From positions 1,543 through 65,542 of the forward strand of contig JAGXGW010000025.1 in NCBI GenBank assembly GCA_024636555.1: a stretch of 64,000 nucleotides of DNA. Reading direction: 5' to 3'. The number at the start of each line of letters is the position of its first letter. The stretch's first letter is position 1. Below are positions 30,201 through 38,680 of this stretch, piece by piece. The stretch is from Paracoccaceae bacterium. Lineage in GTDB: Bacteria; Pseudomonadota; Alphaproteobacteria; Rhodobacterales; Rhodobacteraceae. The notes beneath the pieces are model-generated. The model had not been told where the DNA came from and did not search any database. It saw only the letters and a list, made by a program, of their open reading frames with translations. The translations under genes and the position numbers were made by a program.

Positions 30201-30692
30201 CATCTCGGCCAGACCGCTGCTGGCGGTGAACAGCATCTGCCCCAGATCACCCTGAGAGGACAGGATACTCTCACCGCCCTGTTCCAGCGTTTCGTCATCC
30301 AGACTGAACATCGCCTCGTATCCGGCGCGGTCGATGCCGCCCAGAATGCCTTGCAACACCGCTTCGGGCAGAACTGCGCCCGAGGGATCGGTCAGCGTGT
30401 TGGTGCGGCCCTTGGTGCGGATCAGGTTGACCGTCTCGCCGTCTGCCTCGATACAGGCGCCGACCTGCATCGCGTTGTAGGGATGCAGGAAATTCAGACG
30501 GCTCTGCGCGGGTATCCCGTACAGCAGATCGAGCCAGCCCTGCATCGTGGTGGATTTGCCCGCCTCGTTCGGGCCGTAGATGATGTGGAAATCCGCATCA
30601 CCCGCCGCATTTCCAGAGGGGGCCGCCCCGAAATCGAGGCTGTGATCGGTGAATTTGCCATAGCGGGTCAGATCGAGGCGGCGCAGGCGCAT
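27252..30692 (-). CDS. YhaN/SbcE-like SMC-type coiled-coil ATPase (AAA_27)
   Basis: YGKF, Walker [10 protein letters not shown], long Ala/Gln/Glu coiled-coil, signature [14 protein letters not shown], Walker B/D-loop [16 protein letters not shown]. Confidence 0.9.
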   Translation of the reverse strand: MRLRRLDLTRYGKFTDHSLDFGAAPSGNAAGDADFHIIYGPNEAGKSTTMQGWLDLLYGIPAQSRLNFLHPYNAMQVGACIEADGETVNLIRTKGRTNTLTDPSGAVLPEAVLQGILGGIDRAGYEAMFSLDDETLEQGGESILSSQGDLGQMLFTASSGLAEMGQALDNLRAQATGFFKPGGRSGGLADLKKALAEIEAQIAAQDIGARDFAVLAQQRDQAQAAWDAAEAEQEATVRQLHLVDRQLAAVPLVTRLQLVTAALADLPDLPPLPQGWAEDLPDLIRDEGLIRVRIEEQAAQMAALQAEHDAATDDAEMLACVPRMAAAEALKSDYDGAVRDLPARQAAAQAAETRRDDLLRRLGAVGRDPAEVLPSVPVVAALRALMERQSGVVAALKTAQTEAQAAQDKHEGLARRIGGDLAASPDLAVLDEVMQNVLHRDPEGTTERALAAQRAARDRWQAQLARLAPWHGTGCDLAGLAVPSVEQVQHWRQDIAGAQQAQAQGREASARITDDMARTEAGIRAVTDAGAVTLEIAAEIRAAREALWSSHRASLTVQTAEAFEAAMRRDDQVTAALAQAQAEARGRAEAQTRLAVLGVEMARAEEAAETAAGRIAALRREIAGQLPDGLEPDTAPEEFADWLRRRETALEAREALQAAERELAGAKALQQTARDALAAALHGAGQAVQADAPLALLVAQAHVLQTRARDMAALAQAQEEAAADLARRRAAEARADSAMQLWQDEWRDACARIALHDSPPDVAAMGEALDLLQELDRVWTEWRGLQDRIAKMQDNRAAFAGAVADLASGLGLPETETAAQWERLVARRHAALRGQEQRRDLQGKCDKGAEMARGLCDRLASVEARLTDFRAHLGCADNAALVLAVDHLRQGQDLQGQRDQLARDICEGMGTARLDEAMAMLDGLDRPALAATRDGLQAAQQRQAQALQELYATRMQAQARIDAVGGDDAVARLQERRQTLLLQIEEDVRGYLRHRLGAVAVDHALQGYRDTHRSAMMQRASDAFHVITRGAYSRLAAQLEGEREVLVAIAAHGASKLARDLSKGTRFQLYLALRVAGFHEIAGTRATVPFIADDILETFDDDRAAETFALLAGMAQAGQVIYLTHHRHLCEIARKVCPKVRVHALG

Positions 30693-31972
30693 CAGTCCGC
30701 GTCCCCCGTGCCGTGCAGATGCGCCAGAACCTCTGCCGCGCCCTCCTGCAAGAGCCGGTCGCGGATCGCGGCCTGCGCGGCGGGATCATCCCCCAGCAGG
30801 CCGCGCAGGGCGCGTGGCAAGGCTTTTGCCAGCACATCCATGACGGCATCCGCCTCGGCCATCACAGCGGCGGGCGGGATGGCGGGGGGCGTTGTCATCG
30901 CCGCAACCTGACGGGAAAGCTCCGCCAGCGGCCCTGCGGTATCGGGGCGCGGCGTATCGGTGCAGGCCAGCTCGACCTTGTCGATCCAGAGGCTGCCGAT
31001 CCCCTCGGCGGTCAACATCGCCTCTTCCCGCAGCAGCGCCTGATCGCGCCGCAACCGCCAAAACAGCGGGGTTGCGCCGGTCAGCACGGGCCGCAGCACC
31101 AGATGATCCTCGCCATAAGCGCGCCGGGCCGCGCGCAGGGACGCGCCCAGCGCCGCCACGATCTCGGGCCAGTCGACCATCCCGTCCAGCGGCACATCCA
31201 GCCGCGCGAACCGCGCAATGGACGTACTGCGCTCCTCCACGCTCAGGCTGCCATCGTCGGCCACATTCACCAGCGTGACGGATTTGCCCCCCGCCTCGCC
31301 GATATCGCGGCCCTGCGGGATGCCCGGCATGACGATATGCACGGCCCCCGCATGATGCGCCCGAGCATGAATATGGCCCAGCGCCCAATAGTGGAAACCG
31401 CTTTGCTGCAGTTCGGCCAGACGGCAGGGTGCATAGAGGTCATGCCCTTCGGTGCCGTCCAGACTGGTATGCATCAGCCCGATATTCACCGCATCCGCGA
31501 CAGGCTGCTTGTATCGCGGCAACAGGCTCTCGGGCGCATGCGGCTTGGCAAAGCTGATGCCGTGCAGCGCGATGCGCTGGCCGCCTGCCTCGCGCAGTTC
31601 CACACTGGCCTGCGCCCCGAATACGGTGACCGAGGGCGGCAGCACCAGTTGGCCGGTGATGCGCGATTCCGCATCGTGATTGCCGCGAATGATGAAAGTC
31701 TCGATGCCCGCCGCGTCCAGCCGCCTGAGTTGCTGCGCCAGAAAGCGCGCCGTTTTCATGGAGGCCTGCGCGCCATCGTAAAGATCACCCGCGATCAGCA
31801 GCGCATTGACCCGCTCTTCCAGACAGAGGCCGATGATCCGCTCGAACACGGTCCGGCTGGCATTGCCGATGATATCAGCCAGCGCGGGGTCGCGCAGGGC
31901 CAGCGATTTCAGCGGTGAATCAAGATGAAGATCGGCAGTGTGGATAAATCGGTAAGGCACCAAGGGGTCCAT
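30692..31972 (-). CDS. YhaO-like Mre11/SbcD-family metallophosphoesterase nuclease
   Basis: HTADLHLDSP, IAGDLYD, GNHD, MHTS, YAPC, YWALGHIH and PGIPQGR motifs; stop/start coupled to the ATPase. Confidence 0.92.
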   Translation of the reverse strand: MDPLVPYRFIHTADLHLDSPLKSLALRDPALADIIGNASRTVFERIIGLCLEERVNALLIAGDLYDGAQASMKTARFLAQQLRRLDAAGIETFIIRGNHDAESRITGQLVLPPSVTVFGAQASVELREAGGQRIALHGISFAKPHAPESLLPRYKQPVADAVNIGLMHTSLDGTEGHDLYAPCRLAELQQSGFHYWALGHIHARAHHAGAVHIVMPGIPQGRDIGEAGGKSVTLVNVADDGSLSVEERSTSIARFARLDVPLDGMVDWPEIVAALGASLRAARRAYGEDHLVLRPVLTGATPLFWRLRRDQALLREEAMLTAEGIGSLWIDKVELACTDTPRPDTAGPLAELSRQVAAMTTPPAIPPAAVMAEADAVMDVLAKALPRALRGLLGDDPAAQAAIRDRLLQEGAAEVLAHLHGTGDAD

Positions 31973-31996
31973 TCAACGGCAGGAGCAAAGAAAGCC

Positions 31997-32025
31997 AGCC
32001 TGTCCTTCGGTGTGGGGCTTGTCAA
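31997..32025 (-). promoter_or_regulatory. Possible sigma70 promoter of the yhaO-yhaN-like operon
   Basis: Minus strand TTGACA-N17-CAGGCT. Confidence 0.4.
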
Positions 32026-32129
32026 ATGCATTGGCGCGCCAAACCCGCGGCGGCGCGCAGGCCAGCGGATCGGCGCGGCCGATTTTCAGACCGCCTAATT
32101 TGTATTCACAAACCCTTGGTTTAGCAGAA

Positions 32130-32141
32130 ATTGTATACAAT
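32130..32141. promoter_or_regulatory. Perfect palindrome ATTGTATACAAT, candidate GntR(FCD) operator
   Basis: 12-bp AT-rich palindrome overlapping a TACAAT hexamer upstream of the TRAP operon; related sites lie upstream of the GntR gene. Confidence 0.6.
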
Positions 32142-32295
32142 GATTAAGTTCATCAGCGCAGCATCCAGCCCGCACCCTGCCCCTTGCCTCACCCATGGCC
32201 TAGCTCTCGGATCACGGAGGAGACGCAACCATAACGAGGATCGCATGCAAGCCATGCGGCCACCCCAACAGACATAAAAACAGAGAGGGCACTTC

Positions 32296-33384
32296 ATGGA
32301 ACGTCGCAGATTTCTGACCGCCACAGCCGCCGCAGCGGTCGCGGCCCCGCTTGCCGCACCGCGCATCGCGCATGCACAAGACAGCTTCAACTGGCGCATG
32401 ACCAATTCTTACGGTCCCGGCTCGCCCTTCTACACCGTCGGCCCCGGCAGCCCGACAGATGTGATCGAGAAGATCGACGTGATGTCAGGCGGTCGGTTGA
32501 AGATCCAGCATTTCGCGGCAGGCGAATTGATCCCCGCGCTCGAAGGCTTTGACGCCGTCCAGCAGGGCGTGATCGAGATGAACGCCTCCAACAGCTATTT
32601 CTGGTCGGGTACCACCTTTGCCGCGCAATATTTCACGACCGTTCCCTTCGGGATGAGCTTCATGGGCCATATGGCATGGCTCTATCACGGTGGCGGGCTG
32701 GAGCTGTGGCACAAGGTCTATGAGCCCTTCGGTCTGGTCGCCTTTCCGGTGAACAATACCGGCGTGCAGATGACCGGCTGGTTCCGCGAACCGATCGAGG
32801 ATGTCGGCCAGTTGCAGGGCCTGCGGATGCGGATCCCCGGCCTTGCGGGTCAGGTCTATGCCAGCCTTGGCGTTGATGCCCGCGTGCTGCCGGGTGGCGA
32901 GATCTTCCCCGCGCTGGAGCGTGGCGTGATCGATGCCGCCGAATTCGTCGGCCCCTATCAGGACCGTCGCCTTGGCCTGCAGAATGCCGCGAAGTTCTAT
33001 CACACGACCGGCTGGCACGAGCCTTCCACGACGGGCGAGTTGCTGATCTCGAAAGCCGCATGGGACAGCCTGCCCGCCGATCTGCAGATGATCGTCAAAA
33101 CCGCCTGCATGGCTGCCTGTCTGGAAAGCCTGACGTGGTCCGAGGCCGTGAACGGCGAGGCGCTGACCGATCTGGTGGATAACTTCGGCGTCACCGCTGC
33201 GGTTCTGCCGGATACGGTGATCGAGGCGCTGCGCACCGCCACAGCCGACACGCTGGCCACCCGCACCGCCGCCGATCCCTTGGTCAAGGAGGTGCATGAC
33301 AGCTACATGGCGTTCAAGACCAATCATGACCGTTGGGCCGGAATCAGCGAAGGCCCGTGGCTCAAGAATATCCTCAAGGTCTGA
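32296..33384 (+). CDS. dctP: TRAP substrate-binding protein, TakP/FcbT1 type, Tat-exported
   Basis: MERRRFL Tat signal; AAGELIPALE, FTTVPFG, NTGVQMTGWF, MRIPGL and ERGVIDAAEF motifs. Confidence 0.9.
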   Translation: MERRRFLTATAAAAVAAPLAAPRIAHAQDSFNWRMTNSYGPGSPFYTVGPGSPTDVIEKIDVMSGGRLKIQHFAAGELIPALEGFDAVQQGVIEMNASNSYFWSGTTFAAQYFTTVPFGMSFMGHMAWLYHGGGLELWHKVYEPFGLVAFPVNNTGVQMTGWFREPIEDVGQLQGLRMRIPGLAGQVYASLGVDARVLPGGEIFPALERGVIDAAEFVGPYQDRRLGLQNAAKFYHTTGWHEPSTTGELLISKAAWDSLPADLQMIVKTACMAACLESLTWSEAVNGEALTDLVDNFGVTAAVLPDTVIEALRTATADTLATRTAADPLVKEVHDSYMAFKTNHDRWAGISEGPWLKNILKV

Positions 33385-33386
33385 GG

Positions 33387-33929
33387 ATGCGCGCCCTGTC
33401 ACGTTTCGTGAACGGGATCGAGGTTGCGGTCCGGCTGTTTGGCTGGATCGCGGCCTGGACCTGCGTGGCGCTGGTGCTGATGGTGGCGGGCGATGTTTTC
33501 GTCCGCTACTTTCTGCGCACCGGGTCGGTCTGGTTGCAGGAATTGCAATGGCACCTGATCTCGCCCATCGCTTTGTTCGGCATGTCCTATGCGCTCTATT
33601 GCGGCGAACAGGTACGCGTTGATGTGCTGTTCGAGCGTTTCCCCGCATGGCTTGCACGCGTCATCGAAGTTGTGGGCGGCTTGGCCTTGATGGCTTTCGC
33701 GGTCTATGGCGTCTATCTCGCCATGCCTTGGGTGCAGCAATCATGGCTGCGCGGGGAATCCTCTCCCAATCCCGGCGGGCTACCCTATCGCTGGGCGCTC
33801 AAGGGGCTGATTCCACTGGGTTTCGGCCTGCTGGCGCTGCAAGGGCTGGCGCATGCCTTGCGGCACGGCTTTGGCCTGCCCAATCCGGATAACGCACCGC
33901 AGCACGCACCCCGGACAACCGGACACTGA
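33387..33929 (+). CDS. dctQ: TRAP small permease
   Basis: Start MRALS at 33387; 4 TM segments, ELQWHL, VRVD and ESSPNPGGLP motifs. Confidence 0.9.
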   Translation: MRALSRFVNGIEVAVRLFGWIAAWTCVALVLMVAGDVFVRYFLRTGSVWLQELQWHLISPIALFGMSYALYCGEQVRVDVLFERFPAWLARVIEVVGGLALMAFAVYGVYLAMPWVQQSWLRGESSPNPGGLPYRWALKGLIPLGFGLLALQGLAHALRHGFGLPNPDNAPQHAPRTTGH

Positions 33930-33947
33930 TCCCGAGGACCACAGACA

Positions 33948-35273
33948 ATGTCTCCGACTGAACTTCTGGCGATCGGCATGATCGCCGCCTTTTTCGTGCT
34001 GCTGATCATCGGCATCCCTGTGGGCATCGCCATCGCCACATCGGGGCTGGTTTTCGGCTATCTGGGCTTTGGTCCGACGCTGTTCAACCTGCTGCCCGCC
34101 CGCGTTTACGGCGTGGTGACCAATTACACCTTCATGGCGATCCCGTTGTTCGTGTTCATGGGCGTGATGCTGGAAAAATCGCGCTTGGCAGAGGAGTTGA
34201 TCGACATCATCGGCCACCTTTTCGGCAAGGTCGCAGGCGGCATGGGCGTGGCGATCATCCTTGTCGGCGTGCTTTTGGGCGCGGCTACGGGCATTGTCGG
34301 GGCCACCATCGTCACGCTGGGGCTGCTGACACTGCCCACGCTGCTCAGGCGCGGCTATCCGAAATCGCTGGCAACGGGCATGATCTGCGCCTCCGGCACT
34401 TTGGGCCAGATCATCCCGCCATCCTTGGTGCTGATCCTGCTGGCCGAGATATTGGGCGAATCCGTGGGGACGATGTTTGCCGCCGCGATGATCCCCGGCC
34501 TGACGCTGGCGGTTGTCTATATCGTCGCCATTCTGGTGCTGGCCGCCTGGAACCCCGCATTGATGCCGCCGATCCCGCAAACCGAGCGTGACGCAATGAG
34601 CGCTGGCATGCTGGCGCGCAAACTGGTGCTGGTCGTCGGCCCGCCGATCGGGCTGGTGGTCGCGGTGCTCGGCTCCATCATCGGCGGCTTGGCCGCGCCA
34701 ACGGAAGCGGCCTCCATGGGGGCCATCGGCGCGCTGGGTTTCGTGGCGGTGTCGGGGCGGCTGACCTTCGATCTGCTCAAACAGGTGGCGCGCTCGACGT
34801 TGCTGATCTCGTCGATGGTGTTCTTCATCCTGATCTGCGCGCAGGTCTTCGGCCTGTCGTTCCGTGGCTTGGGCGGCGAGCATCTGGTTGGCCGCATGTT
34901 CGAATGGGTGCCGGGCGGCATCAACGGCGCGCTTTTGTTCATGCTGCTTCTTATCTTCGTGCTGGGCTTCTTTCTGGAATGGATCGAGATCACCTATATC
35001 GCCCTGCCGCTGTTCCTGCCGTTCTTCATCGCCAATGGTGTCGATCTGGTCTGGCTGGGCATCCTGATCTGTCTGAACCTGCAAACCTCTTTCCTGACAC
35101 CGCCTTTCGGCTGGTCGCTGTTTTTCCTCAAAGGCGTTGCCCCGCCCGAGGTGAGCACTCTGGACATTTACAAGGGTGCGGTGCCATTCATCGGCCTGCA
35201 GGCGCTGGCGCTGGCACTGGTCTTCTTCTTCCCCGGGCTGGCCCTCTGGCTGCCTCAGGCAATCGGGTGGTAA
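33948..35273 (+). CDS. dctM: TRAP large permease
   Basis: AIPLFVFMG, ASGTLGQIIPPS, TEAASMG and NLQTSFLTPPFG motifs. Confidence 0.95.
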   Translation: MSPTELLAIGMIAAFFVLLIIGIPVGIAIATSGLVFGYLGFGPTLFNLLPARVYGVVTNYTFMAIPLFVFMGVMLEKSRLAEELIDIIGHLFGKVAGGMGVAIILVGVLLGAATGIVGATIVTLGLLTLPTLLRRGYPKSLATGMICASGTLGQIIPPSLVLILLAEILGESVGTMFAAAMIPGLTLAVVYIVAILVLAAWNPALMPPIPQTERDAMSAGMLARKLVLVVGPPIGLVVAVLGSIIGGLAAPTEAASMGAIGALGFVAVSGRLTFDLLKQVARSTLLISSMVFFILICAQVFGLSFRGLGGEHLVGRMFEWVPGGINGALLFMLLLIFVLGFFLEWIEITYIALPLFLPFFIANGVDLVWLGILICLNLQTSFLTPPFGWSLFFLKGVAPPEVSTLDIYKGAVPFIGLQALALALVFFFPGLALWLPQAIGW

Positions 35274-35298
35274 CCCCAGACTAAAGGTGAGTGGTAAC

Positions 35299-36885
35299 AT
35301 GCTGACATCTTCCATGGGCTACAAAGGCGCGTTTTCAGCGCCGCACCGTGCCGCCGCACTGGCGGGCCGCGATGTGCTGGAGGCGGGTGGCACCGCGATC
35401 GAGGCGATGGTCGCAGCCGCTGCCGCGATTGCCGTGGCCTATCCGCATATGAACGGCATCGGCGGCGACGGCTTCTGGCTGATCCACCGTCCCGGCGAGG
35501 TGCCAGTGGGCATCTGCGGCTGTGGCCGCGCGGCGGGCCTTGCCACGCCGGAATGGTACGCCGAGCGTAACGTGACAGGCGCCCTGCCTGCGCGCGGCCC
35601 ATTGGCGGTACTGACCGTTCCGGGCACCATCGATGGCTGGGCCAAGGCTCTGGCCTTGGTGCCGGAGGCGCGGCGTCTGCCGCTGGCCGATCTGCTGGCC
35701 CCCGCCATCGCGCTGGCCCGTGACGGTATCGCCGTGACTGCCAACCAGTCACTGACCACCGCCGCCAAGCTCGACACCCTCAAGGGCGTGCCCGGATTTG
35801 ACGAGACCTATCTGGTCGACGGCGCGCCCCCGGCCCCCGGCCATCTGCTGCGCCAGACGGCTTTGGGTGACACGCTGGCACGGCTGGCCGAGGTGGGCCT
35901 TGACGATTATTACCGAGGCGAGATCGCCGCCACCCATGCGCGCTTTCTGGAAGATATCGGCAGCCCCCTGCGCCTGACCGATTTCCACCTTTTCACCGCC
36001 GAACAGGTGACACCTTTGACCGTCGGCACCACAGCAGGCCAGCTTTACAACATGATCGCCCCCACGCAGGGCGTATCCTCGCTGATGATCCTTGCCCTGT
36101 TCGACCGCCTTGGCATCACAACAGGCGAGGGGTTTGACCATCTGCACGGGCTGATCGAGGCGACCAAGCAGGCCTTTATCCAGCGCAACGCCGCACTGGG
36201 CGACCCCGATCATATGGCAACCCCCGCACAAGACTGGCTGGAGGCGGCGCATCTGGACGCACTTGCCGCCAAGATCGACATGACAACAGCCCTGCCGTGG
36301 CCGCATGAGGCGAAACCCGGCGATACGATCTGGATGGGAGCGGCCGACAAGGACGGCACCGTCGTCAGCTTCATCCAGTCGGTGTTCTGGGAATTCGGCT
36401 CCGGCCTGACCTGCACCGAGACCGGCGTGTTCTTCCAGAACCGTGGCGCGGGCTTCTCGCTTGCCGCAGGGCCGAACCAGCTTGGCCCCTACCGCCGCCC
36501 CTTCCACACGCTGAACCCTGCCTTGGCGCAACTTGCGGATGGCCGCGTCATGGCTTACGGCACGATGGGCGGCGAGGGCCAGCCGCAGACGCAGGCGGCC
36601 GTGTTCACGCGGCATGTGACCTACGGCCAAGACCTGCAAGCCGCTGTCACCGCGCCGCGCTGGCTGCTGGGCAAGACATGGGGCGAGACGACCACGACGC
36701 TGAAGCTGGAGGACCGTTTCGATCCCGCGCTCGTCACCGCGCTGCAAGAGGCCGGCCACGAGATTGAGATGATCGCGCCTTTCTCTGATACGGCAGGCCA
36801 TGCGGGTGCGGTTGTGCTGCATCCGCAGGGGCTGATCGAGGCCGCATCCGACCCGCGCGCCGACGGGGCTGCGCTGGCTTTCTGA
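35299..36885 (+). CDS. Gamma-glutamyltransferase-family Ntn hydrolase, HpxW (oxamate amidohydrolase)-like
   Basis: No signal peptide; YPHMNGIGGDGFW, nucleophile context PGDTIWMG, VSFIQS..EFGSG, PFHTLNP, MGGEGQPQTQ, PRWLLGKTWG and GHAG closely match the recalled HpxW/YwrD subgroup. Confidence 0.85.
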   Translation: MLTSSMGYKGAFSAPHRAAALAGRDVLEAGGTAIEAMVAAAAAIAVAYPHMNGIGGDGFWLIHRPGEVPVGICGCGRAAGLATPEWYAERNVTGALPARGPLAVLTVPGTIDGWAKALALVPEARRLPLADLLAPAIALARDGIAVTANQSLTTAAKLDTLKGVPGFDETYLVDGAPPAPGHLLRQTALGDTLARLAEVGLDDYYRGEIAATHARFLEDIGSPLRLTDFHLFTAEQVTPLTVGTTAGQLYNMIAPTQGVSSLMILALFDRLGITTGEGFDHLHGLIEATKQAFIQRNAALGDPDHMATPAQDWLEAAHLDALAAKIDMTTALPWPHEAKPGDTIWMGAADKDGTVVSFIQSVFWEFGSGLTCTETGVFFQNRGAGFSLAAGPNQLGPYRRPFHTLNPALAQLADGRVMAYGTMGGEGQPQTQAAVFTRHVTYGQDLQAAVTAPRWLLGKTWGETTTTLKLEDRFDPALVTALQEAGHEIEMIAPFSDTAGHAGAVVLHPQGLIEAASDPRADGAALAF

Positions 36886-36976
36886 ACGACGTTGGCCTGA
36901 TGGACCACGCAGGCTCTCTGAAAAGCACCGGCTTGCCCGGTTGCGCCACCCACATTTGAACGGATCGGACACCCCC

Positions 36977-37804
36977 TTGGAACTGCTCACACATACCGAA
37001 ATCGCCCTGCTGATCGGCGGCGTGATGGCCGCCGCCGCTTTCGCGGGAATTCTTGCAGGGCTGCTGGGCGTGGGTGGCGGCATCGTGATCGTGCCGGTGC
37101 TGTTCTGGGTCTTTGTCTTCATCCAGCTTGACCCCGATGTCGCCATGCCCGTGGCCGTGGCCACATCCTTGGCGACCATCATCGCCACCGCGATTTCATC
37201 GGCGCGCGCGCATCACAAACGCGGCGCGGTGGATATGGTGCTGGTCAAACGCTGGGGACCGTGGATGGCCGCAGGCGCGCTTTTGGGCGGGGCGGTGGCC
37301 GGCATGGTCAATGGCACAGCGCTGCTGCTGGTCTTCGGCATCGTCGGGCTGGCCGTGTCGATCAACCTTGCGCGGCCCAAGACGCTGGTGCTGGCGGACG
37401 ACCTGTCGCAAGCCAAGGCCGCGCAGCCCGCGCTCGCCGGACTGATCGGCACCGTCTCCGCGATGATGGGCATTGGCGGTGGCACATTGGGCGTCCCGAT
37501 CCTGACTGCCTGTTCGGTGCCCGTGCACCGCGCGGTTGGCACCGCTGCCGCTTTCGGCCTCATCATCGCTGTGCCCGCCGTGATCGCGCTGATCATCGCG
37601 GGGCTGGGGGTGGAGGGCCGCCCGCCCCTGTCGCTGGGCTATGTCAATCTGGTGGCCACCGCCCTGATCCTGCCGATCTCCACCACGTTGGCCCCACGCG
37701 GCGCGCAACTGGCCCATGCGCTCGACGCAAAATGGGTCAAGCGCGCCTTTGCTGTCTTCCTTGCGATCACCTCGCTCAGGATGCTTTGGACGGCGTTGGC
37801 ATGA
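36977..37804 (+). CDS. TSUP (TauE/SafE) family exporter
   Basis: AGLLGVGGG and SAMMGIGGG repeats, AVATSL and AVGTAA motifs, about 8 TM segments; TTG start uncertain (36941 or 36977). Confidence 0.88.
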   Translation: MELLTHTEIALLIGGVMAAAAFAGILAGLLGVGGGIVIVPVLFWVFVFIQLDPDVAMPVAVATSLATIIATAISSARAHHKRGAVDMVLVKRWGPWMAAGALLGGAVAGMVNGTALLLVFGIVGLAVSINLARPKTLVLADDLSQAKAAQPALAGLIGTVSAMMGIGGGTLGVPILTACSVPVHRAVGTAAAFGLIIAVPAVIALIIAGLGVEGRPPLSLGYVNLVATALILPISTTLAPRGAQLAHALDAKWVKRAFAVFLAITSLRMLWTALA

Positions 37805-38474
37805 TGTTGCTCCGGTTACGGGCCCATTTGTCCAGCATGGCCTGCGCCGCGCTTACAAGGTGACGGCGCAAAGCCTTCTCCGCCGTCTGCGCGTCCCGCT
37901 CGATGATCGCCTCGACGATCTGCGCATGCTCGGCATTGGACCGCGCAATGCGGCTTGCATCGGCGAGTTGCGAGCGGCGGAAGGGTAACAGCTTCACCCA
38001 CATCGCCTCGGCCATTTCGGCCAAATCGCCGTTATGACTGCCGGTGTAGATCATCTGGTGAAAGCGTGTATTGGCGGCCTCGTAGGCATCGGCCTTGCCC
38101 GAGCGCGCCATCTGCGCCATCTCCTCATGCTGGTTCAGCAGCCCCGCGCGTTCCTCCATCGTCATGCGTTGCGCCGCGAAACGGCCGCACAAAGCCTCGA
38201 TCTCGCCCATCGCTTCGAACAACTGGTCGATCCGTTCGGGAGAGATATCGCTGACGATGACACCTTTGTAGGGCACCCTGACCGCCAGAGCCCGCGACAC
38301 GACGATCTGCAAGGCCTCCCGCACAGGGGTGCGCGACACACCAAAGCGCTTGGCAAGGGCCACCTCGTCCAGCCTGCTGCCCGCATCAAGCTGTGCCAGC
38401 ATGATCTCCGCCTCCAGTTCGGCGGCGATGGTCTGTCCGAGAACCTGACGCGGGGGACGGTTGTGATTGGTCAT
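37776..38474 (-). CDS. GntR-family regulator with FCD domain
   Basis: LAKRFGVSRTPVREAL HTH; NTRFH, EHAQI and RRH metal-binding His of the FCD domain. Confidence 0.92.
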   Translation of the reverse strand: MTNHNRPPRQVLGQTIAAELEAEIMLAQLDAGSRLDEVALAKRFGVSRTPVREALQIVVSRALAVRVPYKGVIVSDISPERIDQLFEAMGEIEALCGRFAAQRMTMEERAGLLNQHEEMAQMARSGKADAYEAANTRFHQMIYTGSHNGDLAEMAEAMWVKLLPFRRSQLADASRIARSNAEHAQIVEAIIERDAQTAEKALRRHLVSAAQAMLDKWARNRSNIMPTPSKAS

Positions 38475-38488
38475 GTCACCTCACAGTG

Positions 38489-38528
38489 CTGTGTACAAAA
38501 CAATGCCGCAATGCGCCTTTGTGCACAA
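38489..38528. promoter_or_regulatory. Two TTGTRYACAA-like sites upstream of the GntR gene
   Basis: CTGTGTACAA (38489-38498) and palindromic TTGTGCACAA (38519-38528). Confidence 0.5.
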
Positions 38529-38680
38529 GAATGTCGAAGGCATTTTGATAAACCTGATCGCCTCAACGCCTGCAATCCGCCGCTGGCTCCGGATGCGGCG
38601 GGTCATTGCAGCTTGTTGCAACCCCCGGAGCCTGCTGCTTGCCCCTTGCCATGCGGAGCAGTGCGGCGGATAAGCGGGCG

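Noticed and set aside
31939-31947. Second DnaA box (TGTGGATAA) implying an origin region
   Set aside because: Lies inside the nuclease gene and is explained by the FIHT codons; no box cluster or unwinding element.
36886-36976. Possible riboswitch in the amidohydrolase/TSUP spacer (CTCTCTGAAAAG)
   Set aside because: Only a fragmentary resemblance to glycine riboswitch motifs; the spacer is too short and lacks the paired elements.
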